Origin: a virus | Virus record (IMG/VR): IMGVR_UViG_3300042292_000345 | Coordinates: 1-64,000 of that record | DNA: 64,000 nucleotides | Direction: 5' to 3' (one strand) | Part shown: one piece after another, positions 55,082-63,329 of the stretch | How the letters are laid out: every line of letters starts with the position of its first letter | How positions within the stretch are numbered: the stretch's first letter is position 1 | Notes under the pieces: model-generated | What the model was told of the DNA's origin: nothing | Database searches by the model: none | The model's input: the letters and a program-made list of their open reading frames with translations, nothing else | Made by a program: the position numbers and the translations under genes

Positions 55082-56709
55082 GACACACACACTGTGACAA
55101 ATGCGGTAGTAGTGATGCCAAAGCTTTATATAGTAATGGTAGCGCTTTCTGCTTTAAATGTGGTAAGTACTTTAAATCCGAGGAAGAAGAAGTGCAAGCA
55201 ACTAAGATAGTGGTAAATAAGAAAGATGATAGCGCAAGAATTGACGATATCCTGAAATTACCTTTTAAAGGGATGGCATCCAGAAAAATAACCAAGGAGA
55301 TATTTGAGTTCTTTGAAGTCAGGAGTGAAGTAAATGAAGACGGTAGTATTAAGAAGCATTTTTATCCTTACGGGGATGATGCCTTTAAAGTTAGAACGAT
55401 TGAAGATAAAAGATTTCAATGGATCAACAACTCTACCACCTTATTTGGAATGGATAAATTTCAGCAAGGTGGTAGAAGACTTATTATAACTGAAGGTGAG
55501 CTAGATGCTATGAGTGTAGCGCAAGCATGTTTACTTAAGTATGATAAGATCTTTCCTGTTATCTCTTTACAGAGTGCTACAGGTAAGAAGTCATTTGCTG
55601 CAAATCGTGATTGGATCATGAGCTTTGGAGAGATTATTCTTTTCTTTGATCAAGATGAAGCAGGTAAAGAAGCACTAGAATATGCAATTAAGGCTTTAGA
55701 TATTAGTAAGTTAAAGATTGTAGAAAGTCCTGAAAAGGATGCTAGTGATATGCTAGTCAAACATGGTGTTGAACCTTTATATAAATGTATCTGGGAGGCT
55801 CATAAATATGTGCCAGCTGGATTTATTAGTAAAGATGAGATCTGGAAAAGACTAGTAGAGTATAACGAAAAGCCGTCTATCAAGTATCCTCCATGTCTTG
55901 AAGGTATTAATACTAAGACTAAAGGCTATCGTGATGGTGAGATTGATTTGTTTATATCAGGTACTGGCAGTGGTAAGAGTACCTTAATTAGAGAAATCAT
56001 TTTATCAGCACTTGAGAATACAGATCGTATGGTAGGTGTCATGGCACTGGAAGAATCACCAGAAGAAACTGTTAGAAAACTAGTAGCCATGAAGCTATGT
56101 ACTAATCCTGTGTATCAACCATTAACACCTGATGAAATGCATGCACCATATCAGGAGCTGATGAAAGATGACAGATTGATGTTACTTGATCATCAAGGTG
56201 CTATTTCAGATATTGGTAGTATTGCTAGTAAATTAGAGTATATGGCTTTGATGGGTTGTAAAAGTATCTTTATTGACCATATAACTATGCTAGTGAGTGA
56301 AGGTACTGAAGAACTAACAGGTAATGAAGCTACTGATAAGATTATGAATATGCTGCTTAGGTTTAGTAAAAAGCATAATGTTCATGTTGGTGTTGTTTCA
56401 CATTTAAGAAAAGCACCAAATGGTTCTAAATCATTTGAAGAGGGTAAGATACCTTCTGTAGATGATATCAGAGGTTCTGGTAGTATTAAACAAGTTTCTC
56501 ATACAATTATTGCATTTGCTAGAAACCTAGTAGCAGATACAGCAGAGGAACAAAATGTAATTAAGATAAGTATACTTAAGTGCAGATTTACGGGTCTTAC
56601 AGGTGCTGTTAGAGGTTCTAGATATATACCAGATACTGGTAGGCTAGAAATGAATGACGAGTCATTGAATGAAATTAGTTCACTATTTGATTATAAGGAA
56701 GAAGGATGA
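55057..56709 (+). CDS. Primase-helicase (T7 gp4-like)
   Basis: Zn finger CDKC...CFKC, TOPRIM ITEGELDAMS / FDQDEAG, Walker A SGTGSGKST, IFIDHI, VSHLRK and DIRGSGSIKQ. Confidence 0.95.
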   Translation: MATKGTFVRHTHCDKCGSSDAKALYSNGSAFCFKCGKYFKSEEEEVQATKIVVNKKDDSARIDDILKLPFKGMASRKITKEIFEFFEVRSEVNEDGSIKKHFYPYGDDAFKVRTIEDKRFQWINNSTTLFGMDKFQQGGRRLIITEGELDAMSVAQACLLKYDKIFPVISLQSATGKKSFAANRDWIMSFGEIILFFDQDEAGKEALEYAIKALDISKLKIVESPEKDASDMLVKHGVEPLYKCIWEAHKYVPAGFISKDEIWKRLVEYNEKPSIKYPPCLEGINTKTKGYRDGEIDLFISGTGSGKSTLIREIILSALENTDRMVGVMALEESPEETVRKLVAMKLCTNPVYQPLTPDEMHAPYQELMKDDRLMLLDHQGAISDIGSIASKLEYMALMGCKSIFIDHITMLVSEGTEELTGNEATDKIMNMLLRFSKKHNVHVGVVSHLRKAPNGSKSFEEGKIPSVDDIRGSGSIKQVSHTIIAFARNLVADTAEEQNVIKISILKCRFTGLTGAVRGSRYIPDTGRLEMNDESLNEISSLFDYKEEG

Positions 56710-57737
56710 GTGTAAGTATATTATCACCTAATTATGTAGGTGCAAAACCAACAATGTTGATCCCTAAAGAAACGTACACGTACGATTATCCTCGGGCAAT
56801 TGAGTTTGCTAAAGAACAAGTTAAGATTCTTTGGCCACCTGATGAGATTGATGTAACAAAAGATATTCACGATATTAAGACAAGGCTTACAGAGGCTGAA
56901 TATCACGGAATGGTTACTGTGTTAAAGTTATTTACACTGTATGAACAAAAAGTCGGACAAGACTACTGGGCAGGTTATTTCTGTAAAGTATTCAAGAGAC
57001 CTGATTTAAGACGTATGGCTAATTGTTTTAGTTTCTTTGAAGATAATATTCATGCAGTATTCTACAATCGCATTAATGAACTACTAGGTCTTAATACAGA
57101 TGAATTTTATTCGTCTTATAAAGATATTGAAGTTCTTGCAGGGCGTATGAAGTTTATTGAGGAGCTTGTTGGAAAGAAACATGATATCAACGATATTTTA
57201 GTATCAGTTGGTACTATGAGTATGATTGAAGGTGCTATCTTGTTTGAGGGCTTCTCTTACATTAAACATTTCAATAGTACTGGTAAGAGTAAATTACTTA
57301 CATTAAACAGTGGTATTGACTTTTCTATTGATGATGAGAGTATTCATGCACTAGCAGGTGCTTGGTCTTTCAATCAGCTACTTCATGAAGCAGTAACAGT
57401 TGAGGTAGCAGAGTTAGATCTTGATTATGTACATGATACCTTAATTAAGAATGCTGAATGGCTATACGAGCATGAGTGTCTTATTAATGATAAGATTTAT
57501 GAGAAAGGGGAGCCTGATAATATCAGTAAAAAGGCTTCTAATATCTTCATTGGTCACAGATTGAACAGATGCTTAGAGAACATGAATCTTCCTACTATCT
57601 TTAGTGAAGAAGGTAATAGTATTGCTAAATGGTTCTATAGGGATCTTAAATCTAGTGTCCTACATGACACATTCATTACACAGGGCTCTGATTATTCAAG
57701 AGCATGGAACAGAGATAAATTTGGATGGAAAAAATAA
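56706..57737 (+). CDS. nrdB: Ribonucleotide reductase class I, small (beta) subunit
   Basis: FTLYE, E..IHAVFY (radical Tyr), IEGAILF, DESIH and C-terminal Tyr (GSDY). Confidence 0.92.
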   Translation: MSVSILSPNYVGAKPTMLIPKETYTYDYPRAIEFAKEQVKILWPPDEIDVTKDIHDIKTRLTEAEYHGMVTVLKLFTLYEQKVGQDYWAGYFCKVFKRPDLRRMANCFSFFEDNIHAVFYNRINELLGLNTDEFYSSYKDIEVLAGRMKFIEELVGKKHDINDILVSVGTMSMIEGAILFEGFSYIKHFNSTGKSKLLTLNSGIDFSIDDESIHALAGAWSFNQLLHEAVTVEVAELDLDYVHDTLIKNAEWLYEHECLINDKIYEKGEPDNISKKASNIFIGHRLNRCLENMNLPTIFSEEGNSIAKWFYRDLKSSVLHDTFITQGSDYSRAWNRDKFGWKK

Positions 57738-57738
57738 T

Positions 57739-59457
57739 ATGAGTACGATTTATGATAAATTAGATCTTGAAAGACATGCCCTTCAAAAAGAAGGTAAGTT
57801 ACCTTTATGGTTCAAAACAGCAGGCTGGCAGTTATTTAAAGAGAAAGTAGCAACAGAAGAGTACCCTGATTTTCTATCAGTAACTAAAAGAGTAGCAGAT
57901 GCTGCTGCTAAATTTACTGATGAACCTTCATTCTATAGTGAAAAGTTCTTTGAGATTATCTGGAATGGTTGGTTAGGTATGTCAACACCTGTAATGTGTA
58001 ATATGGGTGTTCCTAGTGGTAAGGCACAAGCAGTATCTTGCAGTGGTGGTACAGTTAAAGATTCAGTAGCAGCATTCTATGATTCATTGAAAGAGTGTGC
58101 TTTGCTATCTCAGCAAGCTTATGGTACTAGCTACTATTTAGGTGAGATTAGACCTAGAGGAGCAGCTATTAGTGGCGTAAAGGGCACGGCAAGTGGCCCA
58201 TTGAATGTATTTGAGGATATTATTAAAGTAGCTCAACATATTACGCAAGGGTATCAAAGACGTGGTGCAGTAGCCTCTTATATCGAGATAGATCATCCTG
58301 ATGCAAGAGAGATATTAACTTTCTGCAAGAACAACCCAGAGGATGCTAATTTGGGTTGGTGCATTAGTGATGCTTTTATTGATAAACTCAAAGCTGGTGA
58401 CAAAGAAGCAAATGAGATGTTAAAAGATGTTATTATGCTACGTATGTTTCCTGGTATCGGATATATGATGTTCCCTGATAAGATCAATCGTAAACCAGTA
58501 GCAGCTTATGAAAGAAGAGGAATTAAAGTAAGAGCATCTAATCTATGCACTGAAATTGCTCTTTTCTCTGGAACAGATCATACAACTGGAAAAGAGTATA
58601 CTTTTAGCTGTGTATTATCTTCTATGAATGCAGCAACCTTTGATGAATGGAAAGATACTAATGCAGTATTCTTTGCAACAGTATTCTTAGATTGTATCAA
58701 TCAAAGTCAAATTGAAGGTCTGAAAGGTAAGCCTACATTTGAAAAGATTGTAAACTTTGCTGAAGATACTAGAGCACTTGGCTTGGGTCTGATGGGTTTC
58801 CATACTTATCTTCAAGCTAATAACATGGAGTATGCTGAGCTACAGTCACAATTCAAACTAAGAGAAATTTTAGGTCATATGAATTCTGAAAGCTTAAGAG
58901 CATCTCAATGGATGGCTAAGAACTGGGGTGAGCCTGAATGGTGTAAAGGACTAGGTCTTAGAAATACGCATAGAATGTGTATTGCGCCTAACTTATCTTC
59001 TTCACTAATTCTTGGTGGTGTCTCTCAGGGTATTGGTCCGATCTATAAGAATGCTTACGTTCAGCTAACACCTGTAGGTAAAGTTGAGAGAGCTTCACCA
59101 GCGTTAATGAAGATCATGAAAGAACGTGGAATTGACTTCGAAAAGGCTTCTGAAAGAATTGTTAATAATGGAGGGTCAGTTCAATATGAGGACTATTTAA
59201 CTGATAAAGAAAAGCAAGTATTTCTAACAGCCTTTGAGATCAATCAATTTGATATTCTTAGAATGGCAAGTATTGCTCAAAGAGACTTAGATCAGATGCA
59301 AAGCATTAATCTATATTTTGCGGCTGAAGAAGATGAGGAATATATACGTGATGTTCATCAAGCTGCAATAGAAGATGAGTATATACATTCATTGTATTAT
59401 GTAAGAGGTACCAAAGGCGTTAGTACACATAAAGAATGTACTAGTTGTCACGGGTAG
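57739..59457 (+). CDS. nrdA: Ribonucleotide reductase class I, large (alpha) subunit, no ATP cone
   Basis: AVSC, SNLCTEI, SCVLSS, IAPN, SLYY and C-terminal CxxC (ECTSCHG). Start ATG57739 follows the nrdB stop. Confidence 0.95.
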   Translation: MSTIYDKLDLERHALQKEGKLPLWFKTAGWQLFKEKVATEEYPDFLSVTKRVADAAAKFTDEPSFYSEKFFEIIWNGWLGMSTPVMCNMGVPSGKAQAVSCSGGTVKDSVAAFYDSLKECALLSQQAYGTSYYLGEIRPRGAAISGVKGTASGPLNVFEDIIKVAQHITQGYQRRGAVASYIEIDHPDAREILTFCKNNPEDANLGWCISDAFIDKLKAGDKEANEMLKDVIMLRMFPGIGYMMFPDKINRKPVAAYERRGIKVRASNLCTEIALFSGTDHTTGKEYTFSCVLSSMNAATFDEWKDTNAVFFATVFLDCINQSQIEGLKGKPTFEKIVNFAEDTRALGLGLMGFHTYLQANNMEYAELQSQFKLREILGHMNSESLRASQWMAKNWGEPEWCKGLGLRNTHRMCIAPNLSSSLILGGVSQGIGPIYKNAYVQLTPVGKVERASPALMKIMKERGIDFEKASERIVNNGGSVQYEDYLTDKEKQVFLTAFEINQFDILRMASIAQRDLDQMQSINLYFAAEEDEEYIRDVHQAAIEDEYIHSLYYVRGTKGVSTHKECTSCHG

Positions 59458-59466
59458 TAAACATTG

Positions 59467-59490
59467 GGGGTGCTTTCGAGCGCCCCTTTT
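59467..59490 (+). terminator. Intrinsic terminator after nrdA
   Basis: GGGGTGCT-TTCG-AGCGCCCC-TTTT. Confidence 0.85.
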
Positions 59491-59503
59491 ATTCGGAGAT
59501 TCT

Positions 59504-59707
59504 ATGAAACTTAAAAACAATCACACATATGTTACACGTAATGGCAAGATGAGAATTCAAGTAAAGAAAACTCATGACTTATTTGAAGAGTATTTTAAGG
59601 CTGATATGGAGGGTCTGCCAGGTCTTATATGGAGTGTTGAAGGTAAGTTTCTTAGTCCTTTTAGTGGCTATGAACATTTAGATTTAATCCAAGAATCAAG
59701 AAAATAA
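59504..59707 (+). CDS. Small protein, YxTR...DLxxE paralogue family
   Basis: MKLKNNHTYVTRNG...W...G...HLDLIQE. Confidence 0.72.
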   Translation: MKLKNNHTYVTRNGKMRIQVKKTHDLFEEYFKADMEGLPGLIWSVEGKFLSPFSGYEHLDLIQESRK

Positions 59708-59711
59708 AACG

Positions 59712-59736
59712 CGCAAAAGGGGGTATCTTATATGAA
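59712..59736 (+). promoter_or_regulatory. Putative phage RNAP promoter P3
   Basis: CGCAAA-agggg-GTATCTTATATGAA; same spacing as P1 and P2. Confidence 0.75.
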
Positions 59737-59773
59737 ACAATAAAAGATATCCCTTTTTAATTTGGAGTATAAC

Positions 59774-59947
59774 ATGAATACATTTGATATATTGGCTTTA
59801 AGACAGTCTGAAATAATCTACGTGAAAAATCGTGGACCACAGTTACATTTCTCAAAGATTATAAATCTATTGGGAATGCAACGAGCAGCTAAAGGCACTG
59901 TCCGTAAGTATTACCATAACGGTAACACAATTACAATTTATAACTAG
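59774..59947 (+). CDS. Hypothetical protein
   Basis: GGAG RBS before ATG59774 (MNTFDILAL...). Confidence 0.65.
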   Translation: MNTFDILALRQSEIIYVKNRGPQLHFSKIINLLGMQRAAKGTVRKYYHNGNTITIYN

Positions 59948-59956
59948 GAGAATAAC

Positions 59957-60187
59957 ATGAGAACAATTTATAGTTTTAACCTTTATCCATTAACAATCGC
60001 TCAGTTACATTCTTTGACTATCCAAGTGCATAGACTAAGAAATATTGGAGATTATAGAATTAATTTCGTAATGGATGAAGATGACAAGATCTACGCTGAA
60101 GTAGGGCTAGATAACGAAAAAGGTAGTACTATAGAAATATGGCTATTTTCGATAGACGAAATCGTAGCTACACTTAAATTGAAATAG
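59957..60187 (+). CDS. Hypothetical protein
   Basis: AGGAG RBS; ORF track. Confidence 0.7.
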   Translation: MRTIYSFNLYPLTIAQLHSLTIQVHRLRNIGDYRINFVMDEDDKIYAEVGLDNEKGSTIEIWLFSIDEIVATLKLK

Positions 60188-60196
60188 GAGAATAAC

Positions 60197-60397
60197 ATGA
60201 GAAGCAATAAATTCCTTGTCGGCACAACTTGGGAAGATGGTTATAAAAGTAAACTAACAGTAAAGTTTAACGACCATGATGTACTAGTAGTAAAGGTAGA
60301 AATGTTAAATGGTACTGTTCGTGATCGTATTCTAAACAAGGACGGGACAACAGATAAAGATACACGTCAATCAATTAAACAAGGCTGGAGAGGATAA
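60197..60397 (+). CDS. Hypothetical protein
   Basis: AGGAG RBS; ORF track. Confidence 0.7.
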   Translation: MRSNKFLVGTTWEDGYKSKLTVKFNDHDVLVVKVEMLNGTVRDRILNKDGTTDKDTRQSIKQGWRG

Positions 60398-60398
60398 C

Positions 60399-60608
60399 AT
60401 GAAAGAACAAGTACAAGTAATTTTAGGTAGATTCAGTTATGGATCATTCTTAATAGGTATGATTGTATCAGCAGCGATAGCAGCAGTAGTTATGAAAGAC
60501 TATCAGCTAGTACATAGTACTAAAATCGGAGGAGTAGTAATCGAAGGAGATAGGATCTTTGAACTGGTAGAACTAAGCGACCCTTCACAGGGCGTGGTAA
60601 GAAAATAA
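60399..60608 (+). CDS. Small membrane protein
   Basis: Hydrophobic segment FLIGMIVSAAIAAVVM; GAGG RBS. Confidence 0.7.
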   Translation: MKEQVQVILGRFSYGSFLIGMIVSAAIAAVVMKDYQLVHSTKIGGVVIEGDRIFELVELSDPSQGVVRK

Positions 60609-60632
60609 TATAATTATAATTTGGAGAACATC

Positions 60633-60791
60633 ATGAACGAAACAATGGTACAACAAGCGCAAGAAAAAATAGAAGTTAAACTCGAACAAATGAGACTAGA
60701 GCACGAACAAAGAATTCTTGAAATGCATCAAGAAGTAAATATTGAAGCTAGAATGTCAGATCTTTTAGCGCAGTATGGATTGAACGTTTAA
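60633..60791 (+). CDS. Small coiled-coil protein (52 aa, not in ORF track)
   Basis: GGAG RBS; MNETMVQQAQEKIEVKLEQMRLEHEQRILEMHQEVNIEARMSDLLAQYGLNV. Confidence 0.68.
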   Translation: MNETMVQQAQEKIEVKLEQMRLEHEQRILEMHQEVNIEARMSDLLAQYGLNV

Positions 60792-60823
60792 CAATTTTAC
60801 ATGAGGCTCCTACCTCCCCACTC

Positions 60824-60883
60824 GACTTTGATAGATTCCCTTAACGGGGAGTCTATCAAAGTCACTTTTTATTTTTTTTTTTT
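60824..60883 (+). terminator. 17-bp hairpin with a very long T tract
   Basis: GACTTTGATAGATTCCC...GGGAGTCTATCAAAGTC, then ACTTTTTA and T12. Confidence 0.82.
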
Positions 60884-60894
60884 CAGGTCATACA

Positions 60895-62235
60895 ATGGAT
60901 ATTTACAGTTTACTACACGCACTTTCAATTACATCTTCTATGAACTCTAAGGTAGAAATATTAGAAGAACACAAAGACCTTAAAGAAGTAAGACAAGTTC
61001 TAAAATGGGCTTATAACAACCATACATTTGGTTTAAGTATTGCAGGATTCCATGCTAGTAACTTAGCTTACCAATCACAAGACTTTGAGTTCTTTCCAGC
61101 TCTCTATCAGATTCTAAGTCGACTTGCAACACGTGATTTAACTGGCAATGCAGCTAAGAGAGTCTTGCAAGACTTTTTAAATTGCTCGGCTAACAAGCAA
61201 GGTGAATTAACGCTAGGTATTGTTAACAGAGATTTAAATATTGGAATGAATGCTAAGAGTATTAATAAAGCTATTCCAGGGCTTATCTTTGTTCCTCAGT
61301 ATATGAGAATGTCTTTACCAACTGAAGCATTTCCAGAAAAGTGGAATTACAGTCCAGGCATATACGTTCAAACTAAAATGGATGGTTGCTTTGCCAGTGT
61401 TGTTATTGATTACCATTCTAATCAAATTAATATTTTCACAAGAGAGGGCAGACCTATTCCTCTATGTAGATTGAATCCTACATTTGTAAGAGAGCTTAAA
61501 GATCTTCCTTATGGTATCTATCATGGTGAATTATTACTTATAGCAATAGCTACAGGTGATATATTAAAACGAAAAGAGTCAAACGGTATCTTTAATAAGA
61601 TTGCTAAATCAGATGTAGATCTACCTAAAGAGTATACAGTACTTTATGTAGCATGGGATATGTTATGTAATGAAGAAGATAGATCGCCATATAGATCTAG
61701 ATTTAATTTACTCAAAGTTAACTTACAGCGTAGTGATGCGAAATCTATTAGACTTTGTGATACTACTGTAGTAGCCTCATATGAAGAAGTTATTGCTATA
61801 TTTGATCAAAAGACGGCTGAAGGAGAAGAAGGGATCATCTTGAAGAAACCTGACAATATCTGGCAGCATGGTACTAGCAGATCTTGTGTAAAGCTTAAAC
61901 AACAGTATCACTGCGAACTTAGAATCATGGGCTACAATATGGGTAAGATTGGTAGTAAATTTGAATACACGCTAGGTAGTCTAGTATTGGCTACTGATGA
62001 AGGTGATTTGACAGTATCTGCTAGTGGCTTTACAGATTCTGAAAGAAGTAGTTTATATCGTAAGATAGATGAGATAATGTATACTATTGCTATGATTAAA
62101 TTTGAAGGAGTTATTAAAGACAAGAAAGGTGGTCATAGTCTTATCTCTCCTGTTTTTGAAGAACTCAGATCTGATAAATCTGAGCCAGACACACTAGATA
62201 AAATTCTAGATATTGCAGGTGGGCATATTAGATGA
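60895..62235 (+). CDS. ATP-dependent DNA ligase
   Basis: KMDG adenylation motif, HGEL, AWD, EGIILK, VKLK and LGSL...SG...PVF...RSDK; N-terminal DNA-binding domain with LTGNAA. Confidence 0.93.
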   Translation: MDIYSLLHALSITSSMNSKVEILEEHKDLKEVRQVLKWAYNNHTFGLSIAGFHASNLAYQSQDFEFFPALYQILSRLATRDLTGNAAKRVLQDFLNCSANKQGELTLGIVNRDLNIGMNAKSINKAIPGLIFVPQYMRMSLPTEAFPEKWNYSPGIYVQTKMDGCFASVVIDYHSNQINIFTREGRPIPLCRLNPTFVRELKDLPYGIYHGELLLIAIATGDILKRKESNGIFNKIAKSDVDLPKEYTVLYVAWDMLCNEEDRSPYRSRFNLLKVNLQRSDAKSIRLCDTTVVASYEEVIAIFDQKTAEGEEGIILKKPDNIWQHGTSRSCVKLKQQYHCELRIMGYNMGKIGSKFEYTLGSLVLATDEGDLTVSASGFTDSERSSLYRKIDEIMYTIAMIKFEGVIKDKKGGHSLISPVFEELRSDKSEPDTLDKILDIAGGHIR

Positions 62236-62459
62236 AAGTAATATTAGCAGTAGCAGGTTGGATGTTACTTCAACCACATCCAAAATTGCCTGACAGGGCT
62301 ATTAAATGCGATAATAAACTAATCGCAATAACAAATACCGTTAAGGTATCAAAGAAGAGGTTCTTTTGGGCACCCTATGAATTCTATGTAAGAGTAGACC
62401 GTAAGGTATCTAAGAAAACTTTTAATAAACTAGTGCAAAATAAGGAGTGCATTAAATGA
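62232..62459 (+). CDS. Hypothetical protein
   Basis: ATGA overlap with the ligase stop. Confidence 0.6.
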   Translation: MKVILAVAGWMLLQPHPKLPDRAIKCDNKLIAITNTVKVSKKRFFWAPYEFYVRVDRKVSKKTFNKLVQNKECIK

Positions 62460-62866
62460 AAATAGAATCAGGCAAAAGCTACCGCACACGTAATGGTAGC
62501 ATGAACGTTGAAGTAACAGAGAATAGCAAAGAATCGTATTTCAGGTTTTCTGTAGCTAATGTACGTTCAGCAAATCATGTTAATCTTTATTGGGAAGAAA
62601 ATGGTAGAATAAGTTCTAGTGCAGAATCTGATCTTGATTTAGTAGAAGAAGTTGAACCACTCAGAAAGCTTCAGGTTGGTAGTAGCTACTTCACTAGAGA
62701 AAGAATTATTGTAACAATTATGGAAGTTAACCTTCTTAATACTAGATATAAAGGTAGGTATTTCTGTCCTCTGTATAAACAATTCTTTGAGGCTTGGTGG
62801 TATGCTAACGGCATGATAGAAACTAGAGTAACTGATGATTTTGATCTAATAGAGGAAATTCAATGA
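62456..62866 (+). CDS. Protein with two tandem YxTR...DLxxE domains
   Basis: GKSYRTRNG...W..NG...DLDLVEE and GSSYFTRE...WW..NG...DFDLIEE. Confidence 0.75.
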   Translation: MKIESGKSYRTRNGSMNVEVTENSKESYFRFSVANVRSANHVNLYWEENGRISSSAESDLDLVEEVEPLRKLQVGSSYFTRERIIVTIMEVNLLNTRYKGRYFCPLYKQFFEAWWYANGMIETRVTDDFDLIEEIQ

Positions 62867-63171
62867 GACTAGAAAATGGAAAATATTATATCACGCGAGA
62901 TAAATCTACAATCTTTCAAGTCACAGCTATTAGCTCTGATTCGTATGACTTTGCCAGTACTATAGGGTATGATGGAGTTCCTTTGCTGCTATTTAGATCA
63001 ACTGGCAGGATCTCTCAGTGGGAGGAAGATGCACTGGACTTAGTAGCTGAAGTAAGCTTTGTTGAACTGCCAGATACACCAACACCTTTGTTTAATATTG
63101 ATAGCGAACAGTTTGATCTTTTTACTTACGATTGGGATCAATACAAAAACGCGCCCTCTGCAACGCAATAA
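62863..63171 (+). CDS. Protein with one YxTR...DLxxE domain
   Basis: GKYYITRD...G...ALDLVAE. Confidence 0.72.
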   Translation: MRLENGKYYITRDKSTIFQVTAISSDSYDFASTIGYDGVPLLLFRSTGRISQWEEDALDLVAEVSFVELPDTPTPLFNIDSEQFDLFTYDWDQYKNAPSATQ

Positions 63172-63270
63172 TTTCGGGCAGATTTCGGAGGGCAGGCACA
63201 CGGACGTGCCACAGCGCGTGAATGCGTCTAAAAATTCTGCAGGGCAATTGCATGTCGCATGTCACCCCAA
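63145..63270. other. Second GC-rich, mostly non-coding island
   Basis: CG-rich stretch that shares a 10-bp inverted match and TTCGG/GGCA words with the 44312-44480 island. Confidence 0.6.
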
Positions 63271-63329
63271 GTTTGTAAAAGAACATCTTACTTATTATTT
63301 ACTTTTATTTATTTTATTGGAGAATTACA

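Noticed and set aside
3939-57739. Longest-ORF starts in the track (3939, 11360, 11971, 13835, 14504, 14854, 28031, 47052, 51645, 57604)
   Set aside because: Downstream ATGs with RBSs or stop-start coupling (3987, 11378, 12106, 13871, 14537, 14866, 28043, 47064, 51678, 57739) fit better.
47648-59457. Introns or inteins in RNAP, DNA polymerase, helicase or RNR
   Set aside because: All ORFs are continuous and of normal or short length, with no intein or intron-encoded nuclease motifs. The GIY-YIG-like gene is free-standing.
546-62123. All minus-strand ORFs in the track (e.g. 7767..8192, 14934..15467, 19269..19850, 24921..25640, 38484..38936)
   Set aside because: They lie antisense to longer + strand genes, show no recognisable motifs, and are the expected shadows of biased codon usage.
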